Part shown: in pieces, positions 54,468 to 63,967 of the stretch
How positions within the stretch are numbered: the first letter of the stretch is position 1
Layout: each line of letters starts with the position of its first letter
NCBI GenBank assembly: GCA_030698395.1
Contig: JAUYKW010000018.1
Location: forward strand, 44,726-108,725
From: a bacterium
GTDB lineage: Bacteria; Patescibacteriota; Patescibacteriia; UBA9570
Direction: 5' to 3'
Length of the DNA: 64,000 nucleotides
Notes under the pieces: generated by a model
The model's database searches: none
Told to the model about the DNA's origin: nothing
Seen by the model: the letters and a program-made list of their open reading frames with translations, nothing else
Program-made: the position numbers and the translations under genes

Positions 54468-55675
54468 GATAGTTGCGTAATTTTATAATCAGTTGGAGGA
54501 CAAGATCCTAAGACATCTCTGCGCGACACAATAAAAGGATCAATTACACTAGTTGGTTGCATTTCAAAGAATAATAATTGTGGACGGTAAAAAATTCCTG
54601 TATCAAGCAGTCCCAGCCCTAAGCTAATGCTGTAATTTCCGGGTGGAAGATTTGTATCTTCAGCAGAAATTTCAAGTTTATGTTTTCCTTTAGGAATGGC
54701 ATCTATTTTTGCTGTAACTGTCATGATGCGTGCTAACTGACTGTTAAATATTTGGATACCAACTCTAATATTATTGAGTTCTTTATCGGTGTTATTAGTT
54801 ACTAGCAACTCTGTAATCAGAGGCTTGCTGTACTGCATTTGGGACAATCTAATTTGTTCAATAGTAAAGTTTTTGATTTTTGTATCAAACGGACCAGTTC
54901 CTGATTCTTGAGAATTTGTCAGGCGTAGATATTCTTGAACAGCTTTGTCTGTATCTGCGATCGTTACAATTTTTCCTTGATTCAGCACAACGCATGATTT
55001 ACATAAGCTTTGAATTGCTCCCATATTGTGGCTAACAAAAATGATAGTGCGACCATCTTCTTTTGTTACTTCATCCATTTTGCCAAGGCACTTTTTTTGA
55101 AACTGGGTATCACCAACAGCTAGTACTTCATCTACTAAAAGAATCTCTGGTTCTAGATGGGCAGCTACAGCAAATGCTAAACGCACGCGCATCCCACTAG
55201 AATATCTTTTTACTGGGGTGTCTAAGAATTTTTCTACTTCTGCGAATTCAACAATTTCATCAAACTTTTTTGAGATTTCTCTTTTTGTCATGCCCAATAC
55301 AGCTCCATTTAGAAATACATTTTCTCGGCCAGTTAATTCTGGATGAAATCCAGTGCCAACTTCCAATAAGCTAGCAACTCTGCCACGTAAAGTTATTTTA
55401 CCAGTGGTTGGTGATGTGATGCGGGACAATACTTTTAATAGGGTACTTTTACCAGCTCCGTTACTACCGATTAATCCTATTACTTCACCTTTCTCTATAG
55501 AAAAATTTATATCTTTAAGTGCCCAGAATGTTTCTCGATGGGATTCTTTGTTTGTGAACCATTTTTTTGGATTTAAAGATTTAGCAATTACATCACGTAA
55601 AGCTACATAGGGTTCCATTTCCCCTAGTTGATATTGTTTTGAAATATTTTCAGCTAGAATTACAGGTTTGGACAT
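54464..55675 (-). CDS. wzt: Polysaccharide ABC exporter ATP-binding protein (Wzt/TagH type) with a C-terminal extension
   Basis: GSNGAGKSTLLK, SSGMRVRLAFA and LLVDEVLAVGD. About 150 extra C-terminal residues are beta-rich. Confidence 0.8.
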   Translation of the reverse strand: MSKPVILAENISKQYQLGEMEPYVALRDVIAKSLNPKKWFTNKESHRETFWALKDINFSIEKGEVIGLIGSNGAGKSTLLKVLSRITSPTTGKITLRGRVASLLEVGTGFHPELTGRENVFLNGAVLGMTKREISKKFDEIVEFAEVEKFLDTPVKRYSSGMRVRLAFAVAAHLEPEILLVDEVLAVGDTQFQKKCLGKMDEVTKEDGRTIIFVSHNMGAIQSLCKSCVVLNQGKIVTIADTDKAVQEYLRLTNSQESGTGPFDTKIKNFTIEQIRLSQMQYSKPLITELLVTNNTDKELNNIRVGIQIFNSQLARIMTVTAKIDAIPKGKHKLEISAEDTNLPPGNYSISLGLGLLDTGIFYRPQLLFFEMQPTSVIDPFIVSRRDVLGSCPPTDYKITQLS

Positions 55676-55679
55676 AATT

Positions 55680-56501
55680 TTATACTACATCTGCGAACTT
55701 TTGTTCGGTTTTACGGAAATAAAATAAGCCTACAATAAATAACAATATTGAAATACCTATAGACATGGCTAGACTTTCTAGATTAATTGGCGTATTTCCA
55801 ATAATGATGGCACGAGCGTTTTCAATTACACCAGACATTGGATTAAGATTTAGAATCCATTGGTATTTCTCGCCAGCAATTTTTGCGGGATAAATTACGG
55901 GTGTTAAAAAAAGTAGCATTTGAATAAAAAACGGAATAATATATCGGACATCACGATATTTTACATTTACTGCTGATAGAAATAATCCCATACCTAAACT
56001 AGTGAAGTAGGTAATGAGAATCAATATTGGAATAAGAAATAGACTAATTGGTTTAGGGACGAATTGATAATAAAACATCATGGCACAGAGGATGGAGCTG
56101 GCAATTAAGAAATCAATAAAAGCAACAATTACTGTTGATGATGGTAATATTAATCTTGGAAAATAGATTTTTTTGATCATCTCTTGATCAGATACTAAGC
56201 TACCGCTAGCACTTGATAGTGCTTGTGAGAAAAAGAGCCAGAAAACTAAACCAACATAAACAAATATTGGATATGGAGCACCGCTAGAATCTATTTGAGC
56301 TAGGTTTCCAAAAAAGACTGTAAAAATTACCATACTTATGATAGGTACAAAAAAAGCCCACAATATTCCAATGGCTGTTTGTTTGTATCTTACTTTTACA
56401 TCTCTAAGTGCAAGAAAGTAAAAGAGATCTTTATATTGGAGCATTTCCCGGAAGTCTATCCGTAGCCAGCTACGTTTTGGTAGGATAATTGTTTCTTTCA
56501 T
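55680..56501 (-). CDS. wzm: Polysaccharide ABC exporter permease (Wzm/TagG, ABC-2 type)
   Basis: 273 aa with six TM segments and the ABC-2 pattern. It lies directly upstream of wzt. Confidence 0.8.
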   Translation of the reverse strand: MKETIILPKRSWLRIDFREMLQYKDLFYFLALRDVKVRYKQTAIGILWAFFVPIISMVIFTVFFGNLAQIDSSGAPYPIFVYVGLVFWLFFSQALSSASGSLVSDQEMIKKIYFPRLILPSSTVIVAFIDFLIASSILCAMMFYYQFVPKPISLFLIPILILITYFTSLGMGLFLSAVNVKYRDVRYIIPFFIQMLLFLTPVIYPAKIAGEKYQWILNLNPMSGVIENARAIIIGNTPINLESLAMSIGISILLFIVGLFYFRKTEQKFADVV

Positions 56502-56575
56502 TTACGAAGAATATTTATAATTGAGCAGGCATACTCTACTATTTTTAAGGGTATAAGTCAACAAGTTTTATTAGT

Positions 56576-57586
56576 CTATGCTTTTTCCAGAAATACAATA
56601 AAGCTCTCTCCTTTGCCGGCTTTATCGCGTATCCGCCATGCTGGAATGGTGAAGTAACTATTCAATAATGCTAGAACTCTCAAACTGAATTCTTTGAAAC
56701 TTAAGTATTTAATATATTCTAATGTATTCATGTTCTTAGGACGCGGTTGCCAGATGGTTTCTTTGTTTCCCAGTGATACTCGTTCTTTTTTATTGGTAAG
56801 ATATTGTAATGCAACCCAACCCATTGGAGTGGTAGTTTCGGATTTAAGAACTTTGAATCCAGTTTCTTTAGCCAGAACATTTATACTTTTTTGTGAAAAA
56901 AAATTTACGTGATATGGAATGTGCCAGTTAATCCATTTTTTTTCGGTTCGCTTTGCATTTGCACTTTCTATATTTGGTGTACTAAGAATTATTTTACCAC
57001 CAACCTTTAATTTTTTTGATATTTTGATTAAAAAATCTTTAGGATCAGGTATATGTTCTATTAACTGACTCATTGTGATGAAATCAAAGAAATCATCAGG
57101 GTAAGGCATTGTGTCTATGTCGCCAAAATGTATTTCTAAATTTAGTTCGTCTGCAATTGGTTTTATATTTTTATCTAGTTCTGTTCCGTATGCATCACCA
57201 CCAAGTTTAGTAATTTCTAAAAGAGATACTCCGTTTCCGCAACCTATATCCAAAACTTTGCTACCAGCAGTTATATAACTATGACATTTATTTTTTTCTC
57301 CTTGTAGATTGTTTTTGTCGCTATTTGGTTTTCTAGAGAAATTATCAGCAGTTGCTTTTACATCATCAGCAGTCATTGCTTTTCTGGGATAATAATCTGT
57401 ATAAATACTTTCTAATACTTCACTAGATGGAATTGGGTTAATTTCAGCAAAGTTACATGATGAACATTTATTCACTGAGTATTGTTCAGGGTATCCATAA
57501 CGATCATCATGCATTTCATTGTACAGGAGTGTCGTCGGAGATTTGCATATTTTGCAGTATAATACTGCATTTTCTTCACTTAGCAT
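56576..57586 (-). CDS. Class I SAM-dependent methyltransferase with an N-terminal Cys4 zinc ribbon
   Basis: CKICKS...CSSC ribbon and motif I VLDIGCGNG. It is the first gene of the wzm-wzt operon. Confidence 0.7.
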   Translation of the reverse strand: MLSEENAVLYCKICKSPTTLLYNEMHDDRYGYPEQYSVNKCSSCNFAEINPIPSSEVLESIYTDYYPRKAMTADDVKATADNFSRKPNSDKNNLQGEKNKCHSYITAGSKVLDIGCGNGVSLLEITKLGGDAYGTELDKNIKPIADELNLEIHFGDIDTMPYPDDFFDFITMSQLIEHIPDPKDFLIKISKKLKVGGKIILSTPNIESANAKRTEKKWINWHIPYHVNFFSQKSINVLAKETGFKVLKSETTTPMGWVALQYLTNKKERVSLGNKETIWQPRPKNMNTLEYIKYLSFKEFSLRVLALLNSYFTIPAWRIRDKAGKGESFIVFLEKA

Positions 57587-57749
57587 GCTTTATTGGGTTG
57601 AAAAGATTCAATAGTTATCATGTATAGATCGCTTGTAACTAGATTAGTCTACAATTTTCATTATCTAGCGTCAATTGCCAGCTCTTGACTGAAAATATCC
57701 TTTTTGTTACTGTTTGTTCACTAAATAAATAATACTTCTACTCTTTAAT

Positions 57750-57791
57750 CCATATTATAGGAGCGAGATCATATCGCGACGCTATAATGGG
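57750..57791 (+). promoter_or_regulatory. Imperfect hairpin in the rpsF upstream region (also contains a TATAAT box)
   Basis: CC-ATTATAG (57750-57760) pairs with CTATAAT-GG (57782-57790), and inner GCGA pairs with TCGC. TATAAT at 57783-57788 could instead be the -10 box, 29 nt before ATG 57817. Confidence 0.3.
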
Positions 57792-57816
57792 TAGTTGTTA
57801 AGAACAATACAATACA

Positions 57817-58470
57817 ATGATACAACACTATGAACTTATGTTCATTATACCTGGTTCTATTGATGCGGCTGCAGTTAAGCCCGTTCAGGAGCGAGTATTT
57901 GAACTAATCAAGCAAGCTAACGCTACTATGTCTAGTCAGTATGACATGGGACGGCGAAAATTAGCATACAAAATTAAACAGCAAACATATGGCCATTACT
58001 ATGTGTTGCAGTTTGATGCAGAAGCAGAAGTAATAAAAGATTTGGATACTAAATTACGACTCGATCACGAGATTTTGCGTTATATGTTAGTTAAGGGAAA
58101 GCCTTTGACTAATGAACAATTGAAAGCGATGATTGAGGAGCCAGAAAAGGAAGAAGTGGAACCGGCAGAGGAAATGAGCGACATATCAGGCGCACTCCCT
58201 GCGGAGCCACAGGTGCAAGTACAACCAGTTGTAAAATCTGCAACAGAGGTTAAGGTTGAAGCAGAGCCTGTTACAGAAGTAGCAGAGCCAGAAACTGTAA
58301 CAACTGAAGTTGTGGAAGAATCTATTGTTACAGAGGTTGCTGAACCAGAAGTAGCGGAATCAACTCCAACTCCAGAATCAGAGGTTATGAAATCAAAATT
58401 AACTATGGAAGAACTGGATAAAAAATTGGAAGATATTCTAGGTGATACTGATTTAGAATCACAATTATAA
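57817..58470 (+). CDS. rpsF: 30S ribosomal protein S6 with a long acidic C-terminal extension
   Basis: N-terminus YELMFIIP..RRKLAYKI..GHYYVLQF is S6. About 110 extra residues are rich in E/V/T/P, with TEVAEPE repeats. Confidence 0.85.
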   Translation: MIQHYELMFIIPGSIDAAAVKPVQERVFELIKQANATMSSQYDMGRRKLAYKIKQQTYGHYYVLQFDAEAEVIKDLDTKLRLDHEILRYMLVKGKPLTNEQLKAMIEEPEKEEVEPAEEMSDISGALPAEPQVQVQPVVKSATEVKVEAEPVTEVAEPETVTTEVVEESIVTEVAEPEVAESTPTPESEVMKSKLTMEELDKKLEDILGDTDLESQL

Positions 58471-58506
58471 CTTAGTAACAAAACATAACTACTAAATTAC
58501 AAATAT

Positions 58507-58944
58507 ATGGATCTTAATAAAGTAATGATAATTGGTAGAATTACCAAAGATCCAGAAGTGCGTACAATTACTTCTGGACAAACTGTTGCATCGTTCTCTA
58601 TTGCAACAAATCGACAGTGGAAAGACCAATCTGGCCAAAAACAAGAAAAAGCAGAATTTCATAATGTTGTTGCTTGGAGAAAATTGGCTGAGATAATCCA
58701 ACAATATGTAAAAAAAGGATCAAAAATTTACATAGAAGGTAGATTAGAAACTCGTTCTTGGGATGATCCTCAGGGAGTGAAAAAATATCGTACAGAAATT
58801 GTTGCTGATAATATGATCATGCTTGATTCAAAAGGATCAGTAGCCAATACAGGTGGAGGATCTGTTCCTGCACCATCTATTGCCCCAGAGCCAGCTGTTG
58901 AAGATCCTGGAGAAGAAATCACAGTTGAGGATATTCCATTCTAG
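58507..58944 (+). CDS. ssb: Single-stranded DNA-binding protein
   Basis: OB-fold N-terminus MDLNKVMIIGRITKDPEVR, EFHNVVAWRKLAE, and an acidic tip ending EDIPF. Confidence 0.9.
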   Translation: MDLNKVMIIGRITKDPEVRTITSGQTVASFSIATNRQWKDQSGQKQEKAEFHNVVAWRKLAEIIQQYVKKGSKIYIEGRLETRSWDDPQGVKKYRTEIVADNMIMLDSKGSVANTGGGSVPAPSIAPEPAVEDPGEEITVEDIPF

Positions 58945-58962
58945 AAATTAATATATATAACA

Positions 58963-59196
58963 ATGAGACCACAAAAAAGAAAAAATAGAAAAAAGCGAGA
59001 TCCACTAGATATTAGTATCGATGATATTGATTACAAAAATGTTGCAGTACTAAGAAAAGTTGTATCAAATTACTCAAAAATTTTACCAGCAAAACGTACG
59101 GGTGCAAGTTCTAAGATGCAACGTAAATTTGCTAAGGAAATTAAGCGAGCTCGCACCATGGGTTTATTGCCATTTATTCCATTCATTAAGAAGTAG
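58963..59196 (+). CDS. rpsR: 30S ribosomal protein S18
   Basis: 77 aa and basic, with IDYKNVAVLRKVVSNYSKILPAKRTG. It sits in the conserved rpsF-ssb-rpsR order. Confidence 0.9.
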   Translation: MRPQKRKNRKKRDPLDISIDDIDYKNVAVLRKVVSNYSKILPAKRTGASSKMQRKFAKEIKRARTMGLLPFIPFIKK

Positions 59197-59199
59197 GGT

Positions 59200-59757
59200 A
59201 TGTTAAACATGAGTGACATCAAAATGGGGAAGGTTGTCGATATGGATGGCGCTCCCTTTCAGGTGATGAATACCGATCATTTGCAAATGGGCCGAGGTAG
59301 TGCAGTATTGCGTACAAAATTACGTAATTTAATTGATGGTTCTGTTCGTGAGCATACATTTAAATCTGGAGATAAAATTGAGGAAGCTGATTTATCACGG
59401 ATGCGAGCGAGCTTTCTTTATCGAGAGGATGATCAATTTCATTTTATGAATAATGAAAATTACGAGCAGTTCGCATTTGATCTTGAACAGATTGGAGAAA
59501 TCTCTAATTTTGTAAAGGAAGGTGAGGATGTTGATGTAATGAGTTTTAATGGTAATCCAGTAACTATTACAATACCTACAAAGGTAGAGCTTAAAGTAGT
59601 TGAATCTCCTCCGGGAATAAAAGGTGATTCTGCAGCTAATGTTACTAAACGAGTAAAGTTAGAAACAGGTTATGAAATTCCAGTACCATTATTTGTAAAA
59701 CAAGATGATATAATCAGAGTGAATACTGAGACTGGAGAATACGTAGAGCGAGTGTAA
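59200..59757 (+). CDS. efp: Elongation factor P
   Basis: 185 aa with the loop MGRGSAVLRTKLRNL and three-domain length. The start could be 59200 or 59209. Confidence 0.88.
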   Translation: MLNMSDIKMGKVVDMDGAPFQVMNTDHLQMGRGSAVLRTKLRNLIDGSVREHTFKSGDKIEEADLSRMRASFLYREDDQFHFMNNENYEQFAFDLEQIGEISNFVKEGEDVDVMSFNGNPVTITIPTKVELKVVESPPGIKGDSAANVTKRVKLETGYEIPVPLFVKQDDIIRVNTETGEYVERV

Positions 59758-59785
59758 TTTATATCCGAGCATAGAAAAATATAAT

Positions 59786-59815
59786 AAAGGCGCTAATATT
59801 TGCGCCTTTATTACT
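59786..59815 (+). terminator. Candidate intrinsic terminator after efp
   Basis: AAAGGCGC (59786-59793), 8-nt loop, GCGCCTTT (59802-59809), then ATTACTTT. Confidence 0.6.
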
Positions 59816-59846
59816 TTATATTTCATATTATGCTAAAATTATTGAT

Positions 59847-61271
59847 ATGAAAAAAACAAAAATTGTCTGTACAATCGGACCAGCATCAGAGAATAAAATA
59901 GTATTAGAAAAAATGGCGCGAGCCGGAATGAATGTTGCTCGGCTTAATTTTTCGCACGGTACATATGATAATCATAGACTGTTGATTAAGAATATTCGGG
60001 ATATGGCAAAAAAAGTTGGGACACCAATTGCAATTATGCAAGATTTGCAAGGGCCTCGCATTAGGGTTGGTGATGTACATAAAGATGGTATTGATATATT
60101 AAGAGGAGAAAAAGTAGTATTGGTTCCTGAGAAACTGATTAACTATAAATTATTAGTTACTGGTGATGATAAAATTATTCCGATTGGATATCAAGATTTA
60201 CATAAGTATGTAAAAGTTGGTGGACACGTTCTAATTAGTGATGGTCTGATAGATATTAAAGTAAATAAGGTTAAAGATGGATTTATTCATGGTAAAGTTA
60301 TCAAACCTGGTATTATTTTGTCTCATAAAGGAATTAATTTACCAGGTACGTTAATTGAAGCTGAGGTAATCACAGCTAAAGATAAAAAGGATTTAATATT
60401 TGGTCTATCACAAGGAATTGATTTTGTTGCCCTTTCATTTGTGAAGGATGCAGCAAACGTAATAGCATTGAGAAAATTATTAGGTAATAAAGATGTTCAA
60501 ATAATATCAAAGATAGAACGCAAAGAAGCATTGAATAATTTCGATGAAATTTTAGAAGTTACAGATGGTGTGATGGTTGCTCGGGGAGATTTAGGTATTG
60601 AGATTCCACCAGCTGATGTACCATTAGCTCAAAAAGATATGATTCAGAGATGTATGCTAGTTGGTAAGCCTGTTATTGTAGCAACACAAATGTTGGAATC
60701 AATGATGTTAAATCCACGACCAACCAGAGCTGAAGTTTCAGATGTTGCTAACGCAGTAATTGATCATACAGATGCAGTGATGCTTTCTGGTGAGTCTGCT
60801 TATGGTAAATATCCGGTAGAGTCCGTGCAGATGATGGCGGATGTTATTAAAAAAACAGAAGCTTCTAGATTTGACGATTTACCTGGACATTACTTAAAAA
60901 TTACTCATCCTAATATTCAAGATTCAATATCTATTGTAGCCTATGATTTAGCATTGCAAGAAGATGTGAAAGCTATTGTGGTAAATTCTCTTTCTGGTAG
61001 AGCTGCGCGCATGGTTGTTCGGCATCGTCCGGAAACAACTATTGCAGTATTGACTAATAACCAGAGAACTCAAAATAAACTTGCTTTGTCTTGGGGGATT
61101 CAAGCATTACTATTACCTAAGTGCAAAACTTTGGATGAGTTGATTCGTAAATCGGTTACTTTAATGAAAAATAGTAAATTAGTTAAAGCGGGAGATAATA
61201 TTGTATTGGTATCCGGACATCCAGTAGGAACATCTGAAGGGGTTAACATGGTAAAACTTCATTCAATATAA
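59847..61271 (+). CDS. pyk: Pyruvate kinase
   Basis: KTKIVCTIGPAS, NFSHG, MVARGDLGIEIP and ATQMLESM. Confidence 0.92.
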   Translation: MKKTKIVCTIGPASENKIVLEKMARAGMNVARLNFSHGTYDNHRLLIKNIRDMAKKVGTPIAIMQDLQGPRIRVGDVHKDGIDILRGEKVVLVPEKLINYKLLVTGDDKIIPIGYQDLHKYVKVGGHVLISDGLIDIKVNKVKDGFIHGKVIKPGIILSHKGINLPGTLIEAEVITAKDKKDLIFGLSQGIDFVALSFVKDAANVIALRKLLGNKDVQIISKIERKEALNNFDEILEVTDGVMVARGDLGIEIPPADVPLAQKDMIQRCMLVGKPVIVATQMLESMMLNPRPTRAEVSDVANAVIDHTDAVMLSGESAYGKYPVESVQMMADVIKKTEASRFDDLPGHYLKITHPNIQDSISIVAYDLALQEDVKAIVVNSLSGRAARMVVRHRPETTIAVLTNNQRTQNKLALSWGIQALLLPKCKTLDELIRKSVTLMKNSKLVKAGDNIVLVSGHPVGTSEGVNMVKLHSI

Positions 61272-61432
61272 AAAAACAGCTAGAAGCTAGATATTAAAAT
61301 TCATTATCTATTGGGTGATTTTTTTATGTTCTACGGAGAACAATCAATAATTTATTTATTTTCTGATTAAGGATAAAAAACTACTAAGATTAGTACATAA
61401 TAGATTCTATCCACCGTTGTTGTGTATATAAG

Positions 61433-61461
61433 TAGACAATAGTACGCGGTTTTTATATAAT
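61433..61461 (+). promoter_or_regulatory. Sigma70-like promoter upstream of ppsA
   Basis: TAGACA (61433-61438), 17-nt spacer, TATAAT (61456-61461). About 65 nt before ATG 61529. Confidence 0.5.
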
Positions 61462-61528
61462 ACGCCTTAGTGTGTCCATATCGAAAATGGACTTTTATTT
61501 ATCTCGAATAGTAAACAGAATAAAGATT

Positions 61529-63967
61529 ATGGCAGACAATAAGCAAACAGATTACATTCTATGGTTTAAAGATCTTGGTATTGAAGATGTACCTTTAGTA
61601 GGCGGAAAAAATGCATCCTTGGGTGAGATGTATCAAAACATGGCTGAAAAAGGAGTTGCAGTACCAAATGGCTTTGCTATTACTGCATATGCATATGAGC
61701 ATTTCTTAGAAGAAACAGGTGTGAAACAGCAAATTGTTGATATTTTGGCTACGTTAGATACTGCGGATTTAAGAAACTTGCAGGAGCATGGCCTAAAAGT
61801 AAGAGAAGCTATATTACGAGCAGAATTACCAGATGATTTGAAAACAGCAATTGAGAAAGCTTATAAAGAAATGACTGAGTTAGAAGGAAATGGTGAGAAT
61901 ATGGATGTAGCAGTGCGGAGCTCTGCAACAGCAGAAGATATGCCAGATGCTTCATTTGCAGGACAACAAGAAACATTCTTAAATATTCGTGGTGGTTTTG
62001 AGGTTATTGAAGCTACAAAAAAATGTATGGCATCACTTTTTACAAATCGAGCAATTTCTTATCGGCATGATAAGGGATATGATCAGTTTAATGTTTCTTT
62101 ATCTGTTGGTGTACAAAAGATGGTGCGAGCTGATGAAGCTGGTTCTGGTGTAATGTTTACAATTGATACAGAATCTGGTTTTCAAAACGCTGTGTTGATA
62201 AATGCATCGTGGGGATTAGGTGAAATGGTTGTACAAGGTAAAGTTGAGCCAGATGAGTACTATGTTTATAAACCAACATTAAAAGAAGGATCTACCAGAA
62301 ATGATGATGACACGCTAAATTTTAAGTATCGTCCAATAGTTGCGAAGAGCCTTGGTAATAAAGAAGAAAAAATGATTTACAGCTTAGAAGGTAACGATCC
62401 TGTGAGAGAGGTGCCAGTAGCAGAGGAAGATAGAAAGAAATTTGTTCTAACTGATGACGAAGTATTGCAATTGGCATACTGGGCATGTTTAATCGAGGAT
62501 CATTATGGCAAACCAATGGATATTGAGTGGGCCAAGGATGGTATCACTGAAAAGTTATATATCGTACAAGCCAGACCAGAGACTGTACATGCACAGGTTG
62601 AAGGAAATATATTGGAAGAGTACGAAATCCATGGTAAAGGTGAAATATTAACTGAAGGTGTATCAGTGGGATCAAAGATTGGTCAAGGTAAAGTACATGT
62701 GTTAAAAGATGCATCAGAAATTCATGATTTTAAAGAAGGTGAAGTATTAGTAACAGAAATTACTGATCCGGATTGGGAGCCAATCATGAAAATCGCATCT
62801 GCCATTGTTACAAATTCAGGTGGTAGAACTTCTCATGCAGCAATTGTGTCTCGTGAGTTAGGTATTCCAGCAGTTGTAGGAACTAAAGATGCAACCATGG
62901 TATTAAAGACTGGCCAAGAAGTAACAGTCTCTTGTGCTGAAGGTGAGAAGGGATTTATTTACGATGGTAATGTTCCTTATGATATAAAGAAAACAGATTT
63001 GGGAGATCTAAGGCCACCGAAAACTGACATTATGCAAATTGTGGGAGATCCATCACGGGTGTTTGATTTTTCCATGATTCCAAATCGTGGCGTTGGTTTG
63101 GCTCGTTTAGAAATGATTATCCTTAATGCTATTAAAGTTCATCCATTAGCATTACTTAAATTTGATGAGCTAGAAGAGGAAGAAGTAAAAAAAGAAATAA
63201 CTGAGCTAACTCGTAACTACGAAAAGAAGGAAGATTTCTTTATTGATCAATTAGCATTAGGAGTGGGAAGAATTGCTGCGGCTTATGCTCCACATCAGGT
63301 GATTGTGCGTATGTCGGATTTTAAATCTAATGAATATGCAAATTTGATTGGTGGAAAGCAATTTGAACCACATGAAGAAAATCCTATGCTAGGTTGGAGA
63401 GGAGCTTCTCGTTATTACTCTGAAGAATATAAAGATGCTTACATCTTAGAGTGTAAAGCGATGAAGATTGTGCGTGAAGAAATGGGATTAACTAACATGA
63501 AATTGATGATTCCTTTTGTGCGCACTCCAGAAGAGGGCCAAAAAGTTATTGATATTCTGGCTGAAAATGGTTTGAAGCAAGGAGATGGTGGGCTAGAAAT
63601 TTACATGATGTGCGAGATACCATCAAATGTACTTTTAGCTGAAGAGTTTATTAAAATCTTTGATGGTTTCTCAATCGGATCAAATGATCTTACTCAACTT
63701 ACATTAGGCTTAGATCGTGATTCTGGATTAGTAGCTCATATCTATGATGAGCGTAATGAGGCTGTAAAGAAGTTGTTAGGACAAGCTATCGATGTAGTTC
63801 ACGCTGCTGGTAAGAAGATTGGTATTTGCGGGCAAGCACCATCTGATTTTCCAGAAATTGCTGAGTTTTTAGTTGATAAGGGAATCGATACTATATCTGT
63901 CACTCCTGATACTGGATTAAAGACATGGCTTAACGTAGCAGCTTACGAAGAAAAAGTCGGCAAATAA
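61529..63967 (+). CDS. ppsA: Phosphoenolpyruvate synthase (pyruvate, water dikinase)
   Basis: ATP-grasp N-terminus (GGKNASLGEM), swivel-domain phosphohistidine GGRTSHAAIVSRELGIPAVVG, and C-terminal PEP-utilising ICGQAPSD. ATG at 61529 is preferred over the GTG at 61472. Confidence 0.92.
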   Translation: MADNKQTDYILWFKDLGIEDVPLVGGKNASLGEMYQNMAEKGVAVPNGFAITAYAYEHFLEETGVKQQIVDILATLDTADLRNLQEHGLKVREAILRAELPDDLKTAIEKAYKEMTELEGNGENMDVAVRSSATAEDMPDASFAGQQETFLNIRGGFEVIEATKKCMASLFTNRAISYRHDKGYDQFNVSLSVGVQKMVRADEAGSGVMFTIDTESGFQNAVLINASWGLGEMVVQGKVEPDEYYVYKPTLKEGSTRNDDDTLNFKYRPIVAKSLGNKEEKMIYSLEGNDPVREVPVAEEDRKKFVLTDDEVLQLAYWACLIEDHYGKPMDIEWAKDGITEKLYIVQARPETVHAQVEGNILEEYEIHGKGEILTEGVSVGSKIGQGKVHVLKDASEIHDFKEGEVLVTEITDPDWEPIMKIASAIVTNSGGRTSHAAIVSRELGIPAVVGTKDATMVLKTGQEVTVSCAEGEKGFIYDGNVPYDIKKTDLGDLRPPKTDIMQIVGDPSRVFDFSMIPNRGVGLARLEMIILNAIKVHPLALLKFDELEEEEVKKEITELTRNYEKKEDFFIDQLALGVGRIAAAYAPHQVIVRMSDFKSNEYANLIGGKQFEPHEENPMLGWRGASRYYSEEYKDAYILECKAMKIVREEMGLTNMKLMIPFVRTPEEGQKVIDILAENGLKQGDGGLEIYMMCEIPSNVLLAEEFIKIFDGFSIGSNDLTQLTLGLDRDSGLVAHIYDERNEAVKKLLGQAIDVVHAAGKKIGICGQAPSDFPEIAEFLVDKGIDTISVTPDTGLKTWLNVAAYEEKVGK

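Noticed and set aside
13037-62516. Remaining short track ORFs of about 60-135 aa nested in or antisense to confident genes (for example 17797..18018+, 19447..19668+, 22317..22626+, 23570..23878+, 28079..28678-, 34166..34402+, 45773..46180, 52705..53078, 58080..58704-, 62322..62516-).
   Set aside because: All overlap strongly supported conserved CDSs on the opposite strand or in another frame. They have no start signals or recognisable motifs.
59847-63967. Adjacent pyruvate kinase and PEP synthase as a potential futile-cycle oddity.
   Set aside because: The genes are separated by ~250 bp and ppsA has its own promoter. Co-occurrence of both enzymes is common, so this is not evidence of anything unusual.
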